A DNA stretch of 64,000 nt from NCBI GenBank assembly GCA_035495775.1, contig DATJFG010000033.1:64122-128121 (forward strand), written 5' to 3'. Positions 19,063-28,369 of the stretch are shown one piece after another (position 1 is the stretch's first letter; the number at the start of each line of letters is the position of its first letter). Both the position numbers and the translations under genes were made by a program. The notes below the pieces were generated by a model. That model searched no databases and had not been told where the DNA came from. It saw only the letters and a list, made by a program, of their open reading frames with translations. The DNA is from Verrucomicrobiia bacterium (GTDB lineage Bacteria > Desulfobacterota > Binatia > UBA9968).

Positions 19063-19677
19063 CTAGAACCCCGCCCCTGTCACGCTCACCTGGCTGTAAT
19101 GTTTTTGCAGCGAATCGATGAAGGCGACGGTCGCCGTGATCGAGCCGGGATCTTTTTTCAAAAGCAGCACGACCTGGCCGTCGCTCCATTGCTTCGCATC
19201 GCGATCGGAGCGGAGCGCTTCACCGTATTTCGCAGCGGTCGAGGAGATCAATTTTTCCCAAGTCTCGAAGGCGTCCTCGCGATAGCTCGTCGCGATCGCC
19301 GCGAGCCGGCCGTCCATGTAGACGCCGAGCACGCGCGTGGCGCCTTTCGGCAGGTAGCGCGGCAGCAGCGCGAGCAGCTCGGCGCCCGACGCCCCTTTGC
19401 CCGCATCGATGGCGCGACGCGACGAGCGGAGCGTCGCGATCGGCTCGCCGAGCGTCAAGCCGTTTTGGCTTCGGCTGATCGGCAGCGAAGAGAGACGGCG
19501 CGACGGCGCAACTTGCGACGCGGCGCCCGAGCCGCCGGATTCGAACTGGACGAAACCGTTCTCCTCGCTCTCCTGGCGCATCTGCGCTCCGACGAGGCTT
19601 TTGAGCGCAAGACCGAGAAAGAAGAACACGAACGCAGCGACGATGAAAGCGGTCGTCGACCGAATCGATCTCGCCAT
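19063..19677 (-). CDS. hypothetical membrane-anchored protein
   Basis: N-terminal TM helix (AFIVAAFVFFFLGLAL). No recognisable catalytic motif. A paralogous C-terminal fragment is present at 15499..15546. Confidence 0.4.
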   Translation of the reverse strand: MARSIRSTTAFIVAAFVFFFLGLALKSLVGAQMRQESEENGFVQFESGGSGAASQVAPSRRLSSLPISRSQNGLTLGEPIATLRSSRRAIDAGKGASGAELLALLPRYLPKGATRVLGVYMDGRLAAIATSYREDAFETWEKLISSTAAKYGEALRSDRDAKQWSDGQVVLLLKKDPGSITATVAFIDSLQKHYSQVSVTGAGF

Positions 19678-19911
19678 GGTTGTTCCCTCCGTAGCGGGAT
19701 AGGCGGAGCAACGCATGTGCCAGGCGAAAAGATGTTGCTAATCCAACGCGGCGCGCGCCGAGCTACGGCCGTGATTTGTAACCGGTGAGCTTTTACGTGA
19801 TCCGGCCGCGGCGCGGGCGCGCGCGGGGATGCGCGATGTTATGAATCCACTCCGCGGAGTCCGAGGAGATTCCTTTTCTTCCCTTATCGCTTCCGGCCCG
19901 CGTACTTTTTC

Positions 19912-21456
19912 TTAGCCGCCTCGTTGCAGAGCGTTCAAGAACTCAGCCGCGCTGGGGTACCTCAAAATCATCGCTGCAGTTTGCAGGCCCGATGCGACGA
20001 CTCCGTAAATACCTCCACCCGGCTGCGTCCAATGGCCCGAAAGATAGAGCCCTCGAATGGCGGTTCGATGTGCCAGCCTTTTCCGGCCCACCTGTTCGGG
20101 CGAGACTTCCCATCCGTAAATCGCCCCGGTCAGGTTCAGCGTGTATCGCTCCATCGTTCGTGGCGAGGCGCCCTCGGCGAAAGTGACGTGGTCCCGGAGG
20201 CCAGGAATCACCGCTTCGATCTCGTTCAGGAGCAATTCCGCATAACGGACTTTTTCCCGCCGCCACGACGCGCCGATTTCATAGGGGATGAGCGTCGTCG
20301 CGACGACCAGGTGTTCGCCCGCTGGAGCCAACGAAGGATCGACCAGCGTTGGAATCGTCACGACGATTCCCGACGGCCTTCCCTCGAGGATCTTTTGGTA
20401 GATTTCATCGTGATCCCAGCTCTTATACAAGAAGATCTCGTGCCCGGCGTCCACCCGCCGCACGTCGAGATCCGTCGCCAGATACGCGACGAAGGCGGAG
20501 AGCGAAGGCTTCATCCGTTCGAGGCTGCTTAAGAATCGCCGCGAGAGGTGCTCCGCGCCGATGAGTTCCTCGAACGTCTGCCGAGCGTCGGCGTTCGAGA
20601 TCACGACCGGCGACTCGATGCGCTGACCGTTTTCCAAGAGGACTCCCGCCGCGCACCGGTCCTTGACGAGGATCTGGCGGACCCGGCTGTTGAGCAGGAG
20701 TTCGCCGCCGCTCCGCTCCAGCGCGGAGACGAAGGCGTTGACCAGATTTTGAAAGCTTCCGCGGCAGTAAAAGGCGCCCTCCGCGACAAAGCTCATCAGC
20801 ATCACGGACCAGTAAACAAACGAGAGCCTGGATGGCGGCAGGCCGAGATAAGGCCATGCGGCCCCAAGCACCGCTTTCACCCGAGGATCCGTGAGGTGCT
20901 CCTCCATCACCGCGCCGAGAGTCGCTTTATGATATCGGAACAGCGCTGGGAAACGCCGCGGCATGCGGACGACATCCCAAAACGAAAGGTCGGTCGGGAA
21001 TCGACGAACTTCTTCGTTGATCTGGCTGCAAAGCTCAATGAGCCGACGCAGCCCTCTCTCTTCGCTTGGAAAACAGCGAATATGCGCTTGAAGGTAGTGT
21101 TCGATCTCCAGCGGGGCGTGAAGTTTGAAGCCGGGAAAAACGGCGGTGTAAAAGGGATCGACGCGAACGAAGGCGCAGCGGTCTCGAACGGAAAGCAAAC
21201 GGAGGAGGCCGTCGATCAGCCCTCCCACCTCGAAGCCCACGGGCTCACACCCACCGATCAGATGAACCGCTGCATCGAAATTATACTTTTTCCGCCGGAA
21301 AGCATGGGCATAGCCGCCGGGGCGGTCGTGACGCTCGACCACAAGGACCTTCTTTCCCGCGCGGCCCAACAGCGCGGCGGCCGACAGACCGCCCATCCCG
21401 CTCCCGACAACGACCGCATCATAGGTTTCCGCGCGAGATTCCTTGCGCACGTTCAT
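19912..21456 (-). CDS. phytoene desaturase-family (CrtI-like) FAD/NAD(P)-binding oxidoreductase
   Basis: N-terminal GXGXXG (DAVVVGSGMGGL) and an overall CrtI/amine-oxidase-like fold. Confidence 0.7.
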   Translation of the reverse strand: MNVRKESRAETYDAVVVGSGMGGLSAAALLGRAGKKVLVVERHDRPGGYAHAFRRKKYNFDAAVHLIGGCEPVGFEVGGLIDGLLRLLSVRDRCAFVRVDPFYTAVFPGFKLHAPLEIEHYLQAHIRCFPSEERGLRRLIELCSQINEEVRRFPTDLSFWDVVRMPRRFPALFRYHKATLGAVMEEHLTDPRVKAVLGAAWPYLGLPPSRLSFVYWSVMLMSFVAEGAFYCRGSFQNLVNAFVSALERSGGELLLNSRVRQILVKDRCAAGVLLENGQRIESPVVISNADARQTFEELIGAEHLSRRFLSSLERMKPSLSAFVAYLATDLDVRRVDAGHEIFLYKSWDHDEIYQKILEGRPSGIVVTIPTLVDPSLAPAGEHLVVATTLIPYEIGASWRREKVRYAELLLNEIEAVIPGLRDHVTFAEGASPRTMERYTLNLTGAIYGWEVSPEQVGRKRLAHRTAIRGLYLSGHWTQPGGGIYGVVASGLQTAAMILRYPSAAEFLNALQRGG

Positions 21457-21721
21457 GCTTCGAATCTCTGAGCGGCTCTCGCCCGGCACTCGCTGCTTTT
21501 TCGCTGATTTTTAGGAATATCTACTTTTTCACCGCTTTCTTCAGATAAAAATATTCGCATCGCTTTCCGCCGTCTGAGCCCTTCTGCGAAGCGTCGTCGT
21601 CCCGGATCGTGAGCTTCCGTCCGATGAAATATAGTTGGCATTTTTCACCCTCGCGCATTGGCTCGAAGATCTTATCCGACTTCTGCGTCGAGCCATAGAA
21701 GTGAGAGGGGCGGCGCGTTTA

Positions 21722-22903
21722 CTAGGTGAGCTCGACCGTCAGTGGATTGTAAGAGTAGAGCCACGCGTTCCGCGCCGCGCCTTCTTCGCGGCCGGCGAAC
21801 GCCCGCCGGAGCTTCTCCTGATCGCGCATATGAAACAGCGTGCGGTTCGCGCTCGACCCCGCGACGATGCGCGAGGTCCGCTCGATCCGATTGCGTTCGT
21901 ACAGACGAAGGGCGTCGGCGACGGAGTCGGTCGACTGTAGAGCGCGGGTCAGCACGGCGGCGTCCTCGATCGCCATCGCCGCGCCCTGCGCGAGATAGGG
22001 CAGTGTCGCGTGAACCGCATCCCCGAGCAAAGTCGCGCGGCGGGTGCTCCATTGCTGGATCGGCGGCCGGTAGAACAGCGACCAGCGGTAGCACGCGTCT
22101 TTGTCGGCCTTGTCGATGACGGCCTGGATGTCTTCGTGCCAGCCCGCGAAATCCGCCTTCAGCCGCTCCCAGGGAAATTTGGCGGTCCACGATTCCTCGG
22201 ACACCTCGTCGGTCTCGACAAGCCCGACGAAATTCAGCAAGGCGCCGCCTCGGAGATAGTAACAAACGACGTGCCGTCCTGGACCCATCCAGACCGACAT
22301 GACCCGGCCCATGAAGTCCTCGGGCATCCGGCTCGAGGGCAGCGTCAAACGCCACGCGGCGTCGCCGGTATAACTAGCCTGGTCCGCGCCCGCGATCTGA
22401 GCGCGCACGGCGGATTTGACACCGTCCGCGCCGATCAGGAGGTCGCCCGCGGCCTTGGAGCCGTCGGCGAAGAATACCTCAACGCCGCCCGCGCTTTCAT
22501 CGAAGCCAACGATGCGGCGGTTCAACCGTACGATTTCGCTGTCGAAGTCTCGCGCCTTCGCGGCGAGCAGATCGTGGAGGTCGCCCCGGTGAAGCTGGTT
22601 GTACGGTGCCCCGTTGAGCCTCTCGTGCTCCTCGGCGAGGGGAAACTGGCCGATGATCTCGCCCGTATCGTGCAAACGAAAAACATAAGCGGCGGGTCGG
22701 ACCGATAGTTTGCCTGCGGCTTCTCCGAGGCCGAGATGATTGAGAACATGCATCGCGTTGGCGCTGAGCTGTATGCCCGCGCCGATCTCGCTGAGCTTCG
22801 GCGCCTGCTCGTAGACCTCGACGTCGTACCCCGCCTTCATGAGGCACGAGGCCGCCGTGAGGCCGCCGATGCCGGCGCCGGCGATTAGAACCTTCTTGGC
22901 CAT
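21722..22903 (-). CDS. FAD-dependent aromatic-ring monooxygenase (salicylate / 3-hydroxybenzoate hydroxylase family)
   Basis: KVLIAGAGIGGL, DG..S motif and GDAAH fingerprint (LLGDAVHA). Confidence 0.8.
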   Translation of the reverse strand: MAKKVLIAGAGIGGLTAASCLMKAGYDVEVYEQAPKLSEIGAGIQLSANAMHVLNHLGLGEAAGKLSVRPAAYVFRLHDTGEIIGQFPLAEEHERLNGAPYNQLHRGDLHDLLAAKARDFDSEIVRLNRRIVGFDESAGGVEVFFADGSKAAGDLLIGADGVKSAVRAQIAGADQASYTGDAAWRLTLPSSRMPEDFMGRVMSVWMGPGRHVVCYYLRGGALLNFVGLVETDEVSEESWTAKFPWERLKADFAGWHEDIQAVIDKADKDACYRWSLFYRPPIQQWSTRRATLLGDAVHATLPYLAQGAAMAIEDAAVLTRALQSTDSVADALRLYERNRIERTSRIVAGSSANRTLFHMRDQEKLRRAFAGREEGAARNAWLYSYNPLTVELT

Positions 22904-22966
22904 GAAAACGAACGGGCCGCCGCCCCGCTAGCGACCCAGCGCGAAGGGAGTCGCGCTTGCGGCGGC

Positions 22967-24652
22967 TTACCGGCCGCCTTTCTTCGGATAAAAATATTCG
23001 TATGTCCCCTCTTCCACCTTCTTGAACACCGTCGAGACCGTCTTCCACGGGTCCTTGGCGAAATCTTCGTAGCGTCCCGGCGCGCTGACGCCGGGGATGT
23101 GCGGCACCCAGTCCTCGGACAATAAATCTTTCGGGTCGCCGTAGCGCGACGCGAGCGCGCGCGCCTCGGGGCTGTCGAGCGAGGTCATCCGCCCCTTGTC
23201 GATGATATTGACCCAGGTGTTCTTCGTGCCGCGCACGCGCAGGCGATACGTCGAGAAGTAGTTGTGCACGTGCCACCAGTGGTCGTTCGGCAGGTTGTTC
23301 TTGGTGGTGAAGTCGACCCATTCCTTCGCCCATTCAGCCGAGTCGGGGCTGTGGTGCACGCGGATGCCGTGGCCGTAGTGGAGCACGCCGCTGCGGTTCC
23401 GCTCGGTCACATTGTCGCCGCGCATGTTCTCGTCCGGCCGCTTGTAATATTTGGGGTTGGTCCCGAGCGCGACCTCGTAGAGCTGCCAGTATCCCGGCCG
23501 GTCGTGATAAGGATAGGTCACCTCGTTGATCTTGGGATATTTCAAAAACTCGCGCCACAGATCGCCGTAGACGCCGCCTCCTTTCACGTCGTCGATGTAG
23601 CCGTCTTTTAGATGGACCTCGACGCGAGGGTAATGGCCCGCGTGATTCGCGGTGCCGGCGATGACGCCGCTCACGCGCGGCGTCGGCGACCGCGGGTTCC
23701 ATTTTTTCTGAAACGCCGGATACTCGACGACCGAGTAGGGAAAGCGCCCGGTTGCCTGATTGGGGAACATGTAGAGGTGTCCCTGCTGGTAGACGCCGCG
23801 CGCCCAGCGCGACGCCATGTCTTCGGTCAAATCGGCCGAGAGATTCGTCCCCTCAGGGTCGGCGACCTCCAGACGGTCGGCCCAGGCGATCGGCTCGATC
23901 GCGCGCTCTTCGGTCAAGCGCCAGACGTCGCCGGGAAACGCCGAGATCTTGCTCATCATGGTCCAGCGGTTGTCGAAGACATTGACGCCGAGAAATTTAT
24001 CCTCGTGCGGCCGCATGTAGCGCCTGAGCGTCGTGGTGCCGCCGGTGCCCCAGAAGACGCCCTTCACCGAGGGATTTTTCTCCACATATTCCTTGATGCC
24101 TTTGGCGACGTTCTCCCGCTCCAGTTTCTTGAGCGTCGCGCGCGCCTTCTCCGAAATTTCCGCCCGCGGCGGATACAGCTGCTCGTAGAGATCGGGACGG
24201 CGCTCCTTGAGCCATTTCTTCGGCACCTCGGGATCGGGGAACATCTCCTCCATCCAGCGCCGCGCCTCCATGTAGCCCTGCTCGGCGGTCGTCTGGCGGC
24301 GCGCCTTGATCGCTTCGAGCGCGTCGGCGCGGGAGACGCCGGCGAGCTCGTAGCTCGGCAGCACGTGGAGCTTGACGCCGCGCTCCTCCATCGCGCGGCG
24401 GATCGCCTCGACGACCATATCCTCTGACGACGCCTCGGTCACGAGCGCGACCGACTCGCCGGACTTGAGGCTCCCCAGCCCTTCGCCCTGGAGACCCGTC
24501 GTCTGGCGCGCCACGGCGCGCGCGAACGGCATGATCTCGTCGATCGACTTCGGCGCTGTGAGATACGACGGAAAGCGCGGCTGGCTGTATTTGCCCTCCG
24601 CGGCTAGAGCGAGCGAAGCGAATAATGCGGCCAAGAGGATCAGGCGTTTCAT
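22967..24652 (-). CDS. secreted protein of unknown function, paralog 1 of a three-member family
   Basis: Signal peptide (MKRLILLAALFASLALA). Shares N-terminal PRFPSYL.PKSI.EIMPFARA and C-terminal DPWKTVS...YEYFYPKKGG with 28370..30070 and 30081..31781. Confidence 0.75.
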   Translation of the reverse strand: MKRLILLAALFASLALAAEGKYSQPRFPSYLTAPKSIDEIMPFARAVARQTTGLQGEGLGSLKSGESVALVTEASSEDMVVEAIRRAMEERGVKLHVLPSYELAGVSRADALEAIKARRQTTAEQGYMEARRWMEEMFPDPEVPKKWLKERRPDLYEQLYPPRAEISEKARATLKKLERENVAKGIKEYVEKNPSVKGVFWGTGGTTTLRRYMRPHEDKFLGVNVFDNRWTMMSKISAFPGDVWRLTEERAIEPIAWADRLEVADPEGTNLSADLTEDMASRWARGVYQQGHLYMFPNQATGRFPYSVVEYPAFQKKWNPRSPTPRVSGVIAGTANHAGHYPRVEVHLKDGYIDDVKGGGVYGDLWREFLKYPKINEVTYPYHDRPGYWQLYEVALGTNPKYYKRPDENMRGDNVTERNRSGVLHYGHGIRVHHSPDSAEWAKEWVDFTTKNNLPNDHWWHVHNYFSTYRLRVRGTKNTWVNIIDKGRMTSLDSPEARALASRYGDPKDLLSEDWVPHIPGVSAPGRYEDFAKDPWKTVSTVFKKVEEGTYEYFYPKKGGR

Positions 24653-24665
24653 CCGAGTCCCCCCT

Positions 24666-25367
24666 TCAAACGACGAATCTGCCGTCGCGCATATGATAGA
24701 CCTTTTTGAACTGCTCGACCGCCTTGGGGTCGTGGCTCGCCATGACGACGGTCTTGCCGTGGCGCTCGGCGAGCGAGAGAAAAAGCGCGGCGATCGAAGC
24801 CGTGTTCTCGCTGTCGAGGTTGCCGGTCGGCTCATCCGCTAAAATCAGCGCCGGGTCGTTGGCGAGCGCCAGTGCCACCGCGACGCGCTGCTGCTCGCCG
24901 CCGCTCAATTCTTCCGGCCGCTTGTGCATCTTTTCCGCCAGACCCACCATGCCGAGCAGCCCCTCGCAGCGGCGCGCGCGCTCGCCCGGCGTCGTGCCCG
25001 CGATCAGCATCGGCAGCTCGAGATTCTCGGCGGCGGTGAGCGTCGGGATCAGATTGAAGAATTGAAAGACGAAGCCGATCTTCAGCAGCCGATAGCGCTC
25101 GAGCTCGCGCTCGCCGAGCATGCCGATGGTGTCACCGCCGACGACGATCTCGCCCGCCGATGCGTGATCGACGCCGCCGAGAATATTCAGCAGCGTCGTC
25201 TTGCCGCAGCCCGACGGACCCATGAGGGCGATCGCCTCGCCCGCCGCGATCCGCCAGTCGATGCCCTTCAGCGCGCGGACCTCCTCCGCCGAGGTGCGGT
25301 AGCTCTTCGCAAGCCCCGCCACCTTGACGTCGACGCCGCGGTTGGTGAAAAAGCCGTTGCCTTCCAT
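24666..25367 (-). CDS. ABC transporter ATP-binding protein, MacB/LolD family
   Basis: Walker A GPSGCGKTT, LSGGEQQR signature, Walker B ILADEPTGNLD, H-loop. Confidence 0.9.
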   Translation of the reverse strand: MEGNGFFTNRGVDVKVAGLAKSYRTSAEEVRALKGIDWRIAAGEAIALMGPSGCGKTTLLNILGGVDHASAGEIVVGGDTIGMLGERELERYRLLKIGFVFQFFNLIPTLTAAENLELPMLIAGTTPGERARRCEGLLGMVGLAEKMHKRPEELSGGEQQRVAVALALANDPALILADEPTGNLDSENTASIAALFLSLAERHGKTVVMASHDPKAVEQFKKVYHMRDGRFVV

Positions 25368-25382
25368 GAGACCTCCGAAAGT

Positions 25383-28328
25383 CTATTCCAGCATCCGCTC
25401 GCGCGCCGAGCGGCGGAAAACCCACAGGCTGAAGAGCAGCGCGATGCCGCCGATCACGACGAAGATCCCCGCGCCGATCCCAATCGTCGCGCCGGAAATC
25501 ACGAGATGGGTCGGCAGCAGGTGCACGACCGATTTGATCTCTCGGAGATTCCAGATGAGATTCGTGAGCCCGAATCCGGCGACCGCTGCGATGGCGACGC
25601 CGATCAAGAGTCCGGCGAGCGCGGGCGCGAGCAGCATCGAGGCGAAAAACTTGAACAGGAGCTTGGGCGACGCGCCGCGCACGCGCAGAAGGCCGAGCGT
25701 GCGCCGGTCTTCGAGATAGTTCGTAAGCGCGATCGCGGCGATCGCGATCAGCGCGAGCAGCATGCCGCCCGCCAGATAGATGCGCATGTTTTCGAGCGCG
25801 AGGAAGATGAACATGTCGCCGCCGATCTTCTTGAGCTCGCGGCCGAGTTCGCGCACCTCCAGCGGGCGCGCGCGGAGCGCGGTCGTGATCGCCTTCACCG
25901 CGGCGTCCGACCCCTCTTCGCGCTTTAAACGCACGAGCAGCAGGACGCGCGGCACGAGCACTTTGAGATTAGCGATCTTCGCGTTGTCGGCGGTCGCGAC
26001 CAGATAGGCGTCGGTACTGGAGAGGTAATTCAAATAGTCAATGCGCGCCGAGACGAAGCTCTGCCGGTCGGCGATGCTGCGCGGCGGCATGCCGGGCAGA
26101 AAGCCGATTACGCCGCCGCCGGGAACGAGCACCGGCTTTTTGTCCATATCCGCGCCGAGCAGGACCGGATCGCCGGAGGCGAGGTTCCAGAACTCCGCCA
26201 CCGGCGGCGAGGCGGCGACCTTTTCTGTCTTCAAGTCGCGCACGATGGCGCTGAAGTTGCCGCCGACGCCCAGCTTCTCGTCGAAGAAGACGGTTTTGAG
26301 ATAGCGCTCTGGGTCGTCGATGAGATAGAGCGGCACGCCGCTTAGGCCGTAGCCGGGGAAAAAAAATCCCGGCAGGAGCGCCTCGATGATCGTATCGATC
26401 GAGACGATGTTGTCGTCGCGGACCGCGCCGAGACGCTCCTTGACCGCGGTCCTGATCGCCTGCGCCTGCGCGCCGAGTCCCTGATCGAGTTTTTCCGCCG
26501 GGACGAGATCGCCCGGGCCGAGGGCGATGTGAAGCTCGCTCCCGACCTCGACGGTGGCGCCGCGGAGCGCTTTGTCCTCGAAGGATTTCGCGCCGATGCT
26601 CGGATAGAGGCTGACGCTTGCCATGAGCGCGACGATGAGCAAAAAGCTCGCGATGCGGTGCGGCTTGAACGACATGTGGCGTAACGACAGGCGCCTGAGC
26701 GGCCCGCCGAGAATACGCGAAACCAAGTCGAGCAAAGCCGTCATCAAGCCCTGCCGCGAGACCAACAACGAGACCAGGCCGTAGACGATGAGCGGCAGCG
26801 CGACGAAATCGAGCGCGCGGTCGAGCACCAGGATCGTCCTGACGAAGATCGTCCACGACGCGGAGGCATCCTCGGCGAGCGCCATGTGGCGCGCCGGATC
26901 GAAGTCGACGGCCCAGCTCATTAGCTTGTAGAGCCCGACGAGCAGAGCGGCCATCTGGAGCGGGCCGAAGCGCATGCCGGCTTCGCTGGATTCCGAGGCG
27001 GCGACGCGGCGCGAGGCCTCGAGCGGCGAGATCGTCGTCGCGTAGCGCACCAGGCGCCGGCTCGACCACAGGGCGAAGAGAACTCCCACGACGAGAAAGA
27101 AAAGCATCTGCAGCGGCCCCTGGACGTGCGAGAGAACCGTCCAGGAGAGCGCGCCGCGCTCGTAGAGAACGAGCGGCAGCAGCGTGCCGAGGATAAGTCC
27201 GATGACGCCGCCGATCAGGCCGCCGGCGCCGATCGAGAGCATGAGGCTCTGCCCCAGCAGCGCGCCGGGCACGCCGCGAAGCCGCATGAGGCCGAGTTTG
27301 CGCCGCTCGTTCAGGATGAGCAGCGCGGAGAGATTGGACGCCAGCATCCAGGCGATCGCGAGCAGCGGGATCGCGATCAACAGCGTCGCGAAATAGAGCA
27401 GGCGCGAGATCTCCGCCATGCGGTTCAAGAGCACGAGGATCGCGTTGTCGACGAAGATCGTCGGCCCGAGCGAGCTCACCTGCGCCTCGATGTCTTTCTG
27501 GAGCTTTTGAAGATTGGCGAGCGAGCCGCGGATATCCCAGCCGGAGATCAATTTTTTCCGGTCGACGCGCGCGAGATGAATCACCTCCGGCAGATATTCG
27601 CCCGCGGTCGTGTGGATATCCCCCTGCCCGCCGAGCGCGCCGCGCGAGAGCGCGTCGAACCAGCGGAGCCGCTCGAAGTCGTGCGGCATCACGAGAACGA
27701 TGCCGATGTAGGGGACGAACGAGATCGTGCCGATCTCGTCCATGAAGTAGCGGTTGACCTCGGCGCGCTCCAGACGGACGACACCGTGGACCGGCAGGGC
27801 GAACAAGTCCTGCTCGCTTCGCTTGCCGCCGTGGCTGTGCACGGTTACGGAAAAATTCTTCGCCTGCTGGAGCGCGAGAAAGGCGTGGCCCATCTGCTGC
27901 TCCGGGCCGACGAGCGCGAGATGCGCGCCGCGGTCGCCCGCGCTCGGCCGCACCTCGGACGGCAGCAGCGAGAGATCGGTCGCCGCGAGGATCGACACCC
28001 AAGGCGAGGCGAGCGGCTTGCCGTCGACCGCGAGCGCCGCCTCGGGCGGCGGCTTGGAGCGGAGGAACGTCAGCGTCTCGACGCGCTGGATGCCCGCGAC
28101 GGCGGCGAGCCTCGGCGTGATCTCTTTCGAGAGCGGGAACTCGGTCGTCTGGTAGAGCGCCACGTCCCAGGAGAGGCGCGAGAGCTGATCTTCGATGTAG
28201 AGTTTGAGCGCGTGGCGCGACGCGACGTTGATCGCGGCGAGCAGCCCGGCGATCAGGAGCGTCACGATGCCGAAGGCGAGCGCCGCGCGGCGCCCGAGGA
28301 TCTTTGCGAGACGAAGCTTGATGCTCAT
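25383..28328 (-). CDS. dual FtsX-domain ABC permease (MacB/YbbP-like, type VII mechanotransmission family)
   Basis: 981 aa with two repeats of (TM, large periplasmic domain, three-TM FtsX domain with RLRGV / LRVRGAS motifs). Confidence 0.8.
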   Translation of the reverse strand: MSIKLRLAKILGRRAALAFGIVTLLIAGLLAAINVASRHALKLYIEDQLSRLSWDVALYQTTEFPLSKEITPRLAAVAGIQRVETLTFLRSKPPPEAALAVDGKPLASPWVSILAATDLSLLPSEVRPSAGDRGAHLALVGPEQQMGHAFLALQQAKNFSVTVHSHGGKRSEQDLFALPVHGVVRLERAEVNRYFMDEIGTISFVPYIGIVLVMPHDFERLRWFDALSRGALGGQGDIHTTAGEYLPEVIHLARVDRKKLISGWDIRGSLANLQKLQKDIEAQVSSLGPTIFVDNAILVLLNRMAEISRLLYFATLLIAIPLLAIAWMLASNLSALLILNERRKLGLMRLRGVPGALLGQSLMLSIGAGGLIGGVIGLILGTLLPLVLYERGALSWTVLSHVQGPLQMLFFLVVGVLFALWSSRRLVRYATTISPLEASRRVAASESSEAGMRFGPLQMAALLVGLYKLMSWAVDFDPARHMALAEDASASWTIFVRTILVLDRALDFVALPLIVYGLVSLLVSRQGLMTALLDLVSRILGGPLRRLSLRHMSFKPHRIASFLLIVALMASVSLYPSIGAKSFEDKALRGATVEVGSELHIALGPGDLVPAEKLDQGLGAQAQAIRTAVKERLGAVRDDNIVSIDTIIEALLPGFFFPGYGLSGVPLYLIDDPERYLKTVFFDEKLGVGGNFSAIVRDLKTEKVAASPPVAEFWNLASGDPVLLGADMDKKPVLVPGGGVIGFLPGMPPRSIADRQSFVSARIDYLNYLSSTDAYLVATADNAKIANLKVLVPRVLLLVRLKREEGSDAAVKAITTALRARPLEVRELGRELKKIGGDMFIFLALENMRIYLAGGMLLALIAIAAIALTNYLEDRRTLGLLRVRGASPKLLFKFFASMLLAPALAGLLIGVAIAAVAGFGLTNLIWNLREIKSVVHLLPTHLVISGATIGIGAGIFVVIGGIALLFSLWVFRRSARERMLE

Positions 28329-28369
28329 GCGTCGGGCTGGAGGAAATTTTCTATCGAATCGACTCGCGC

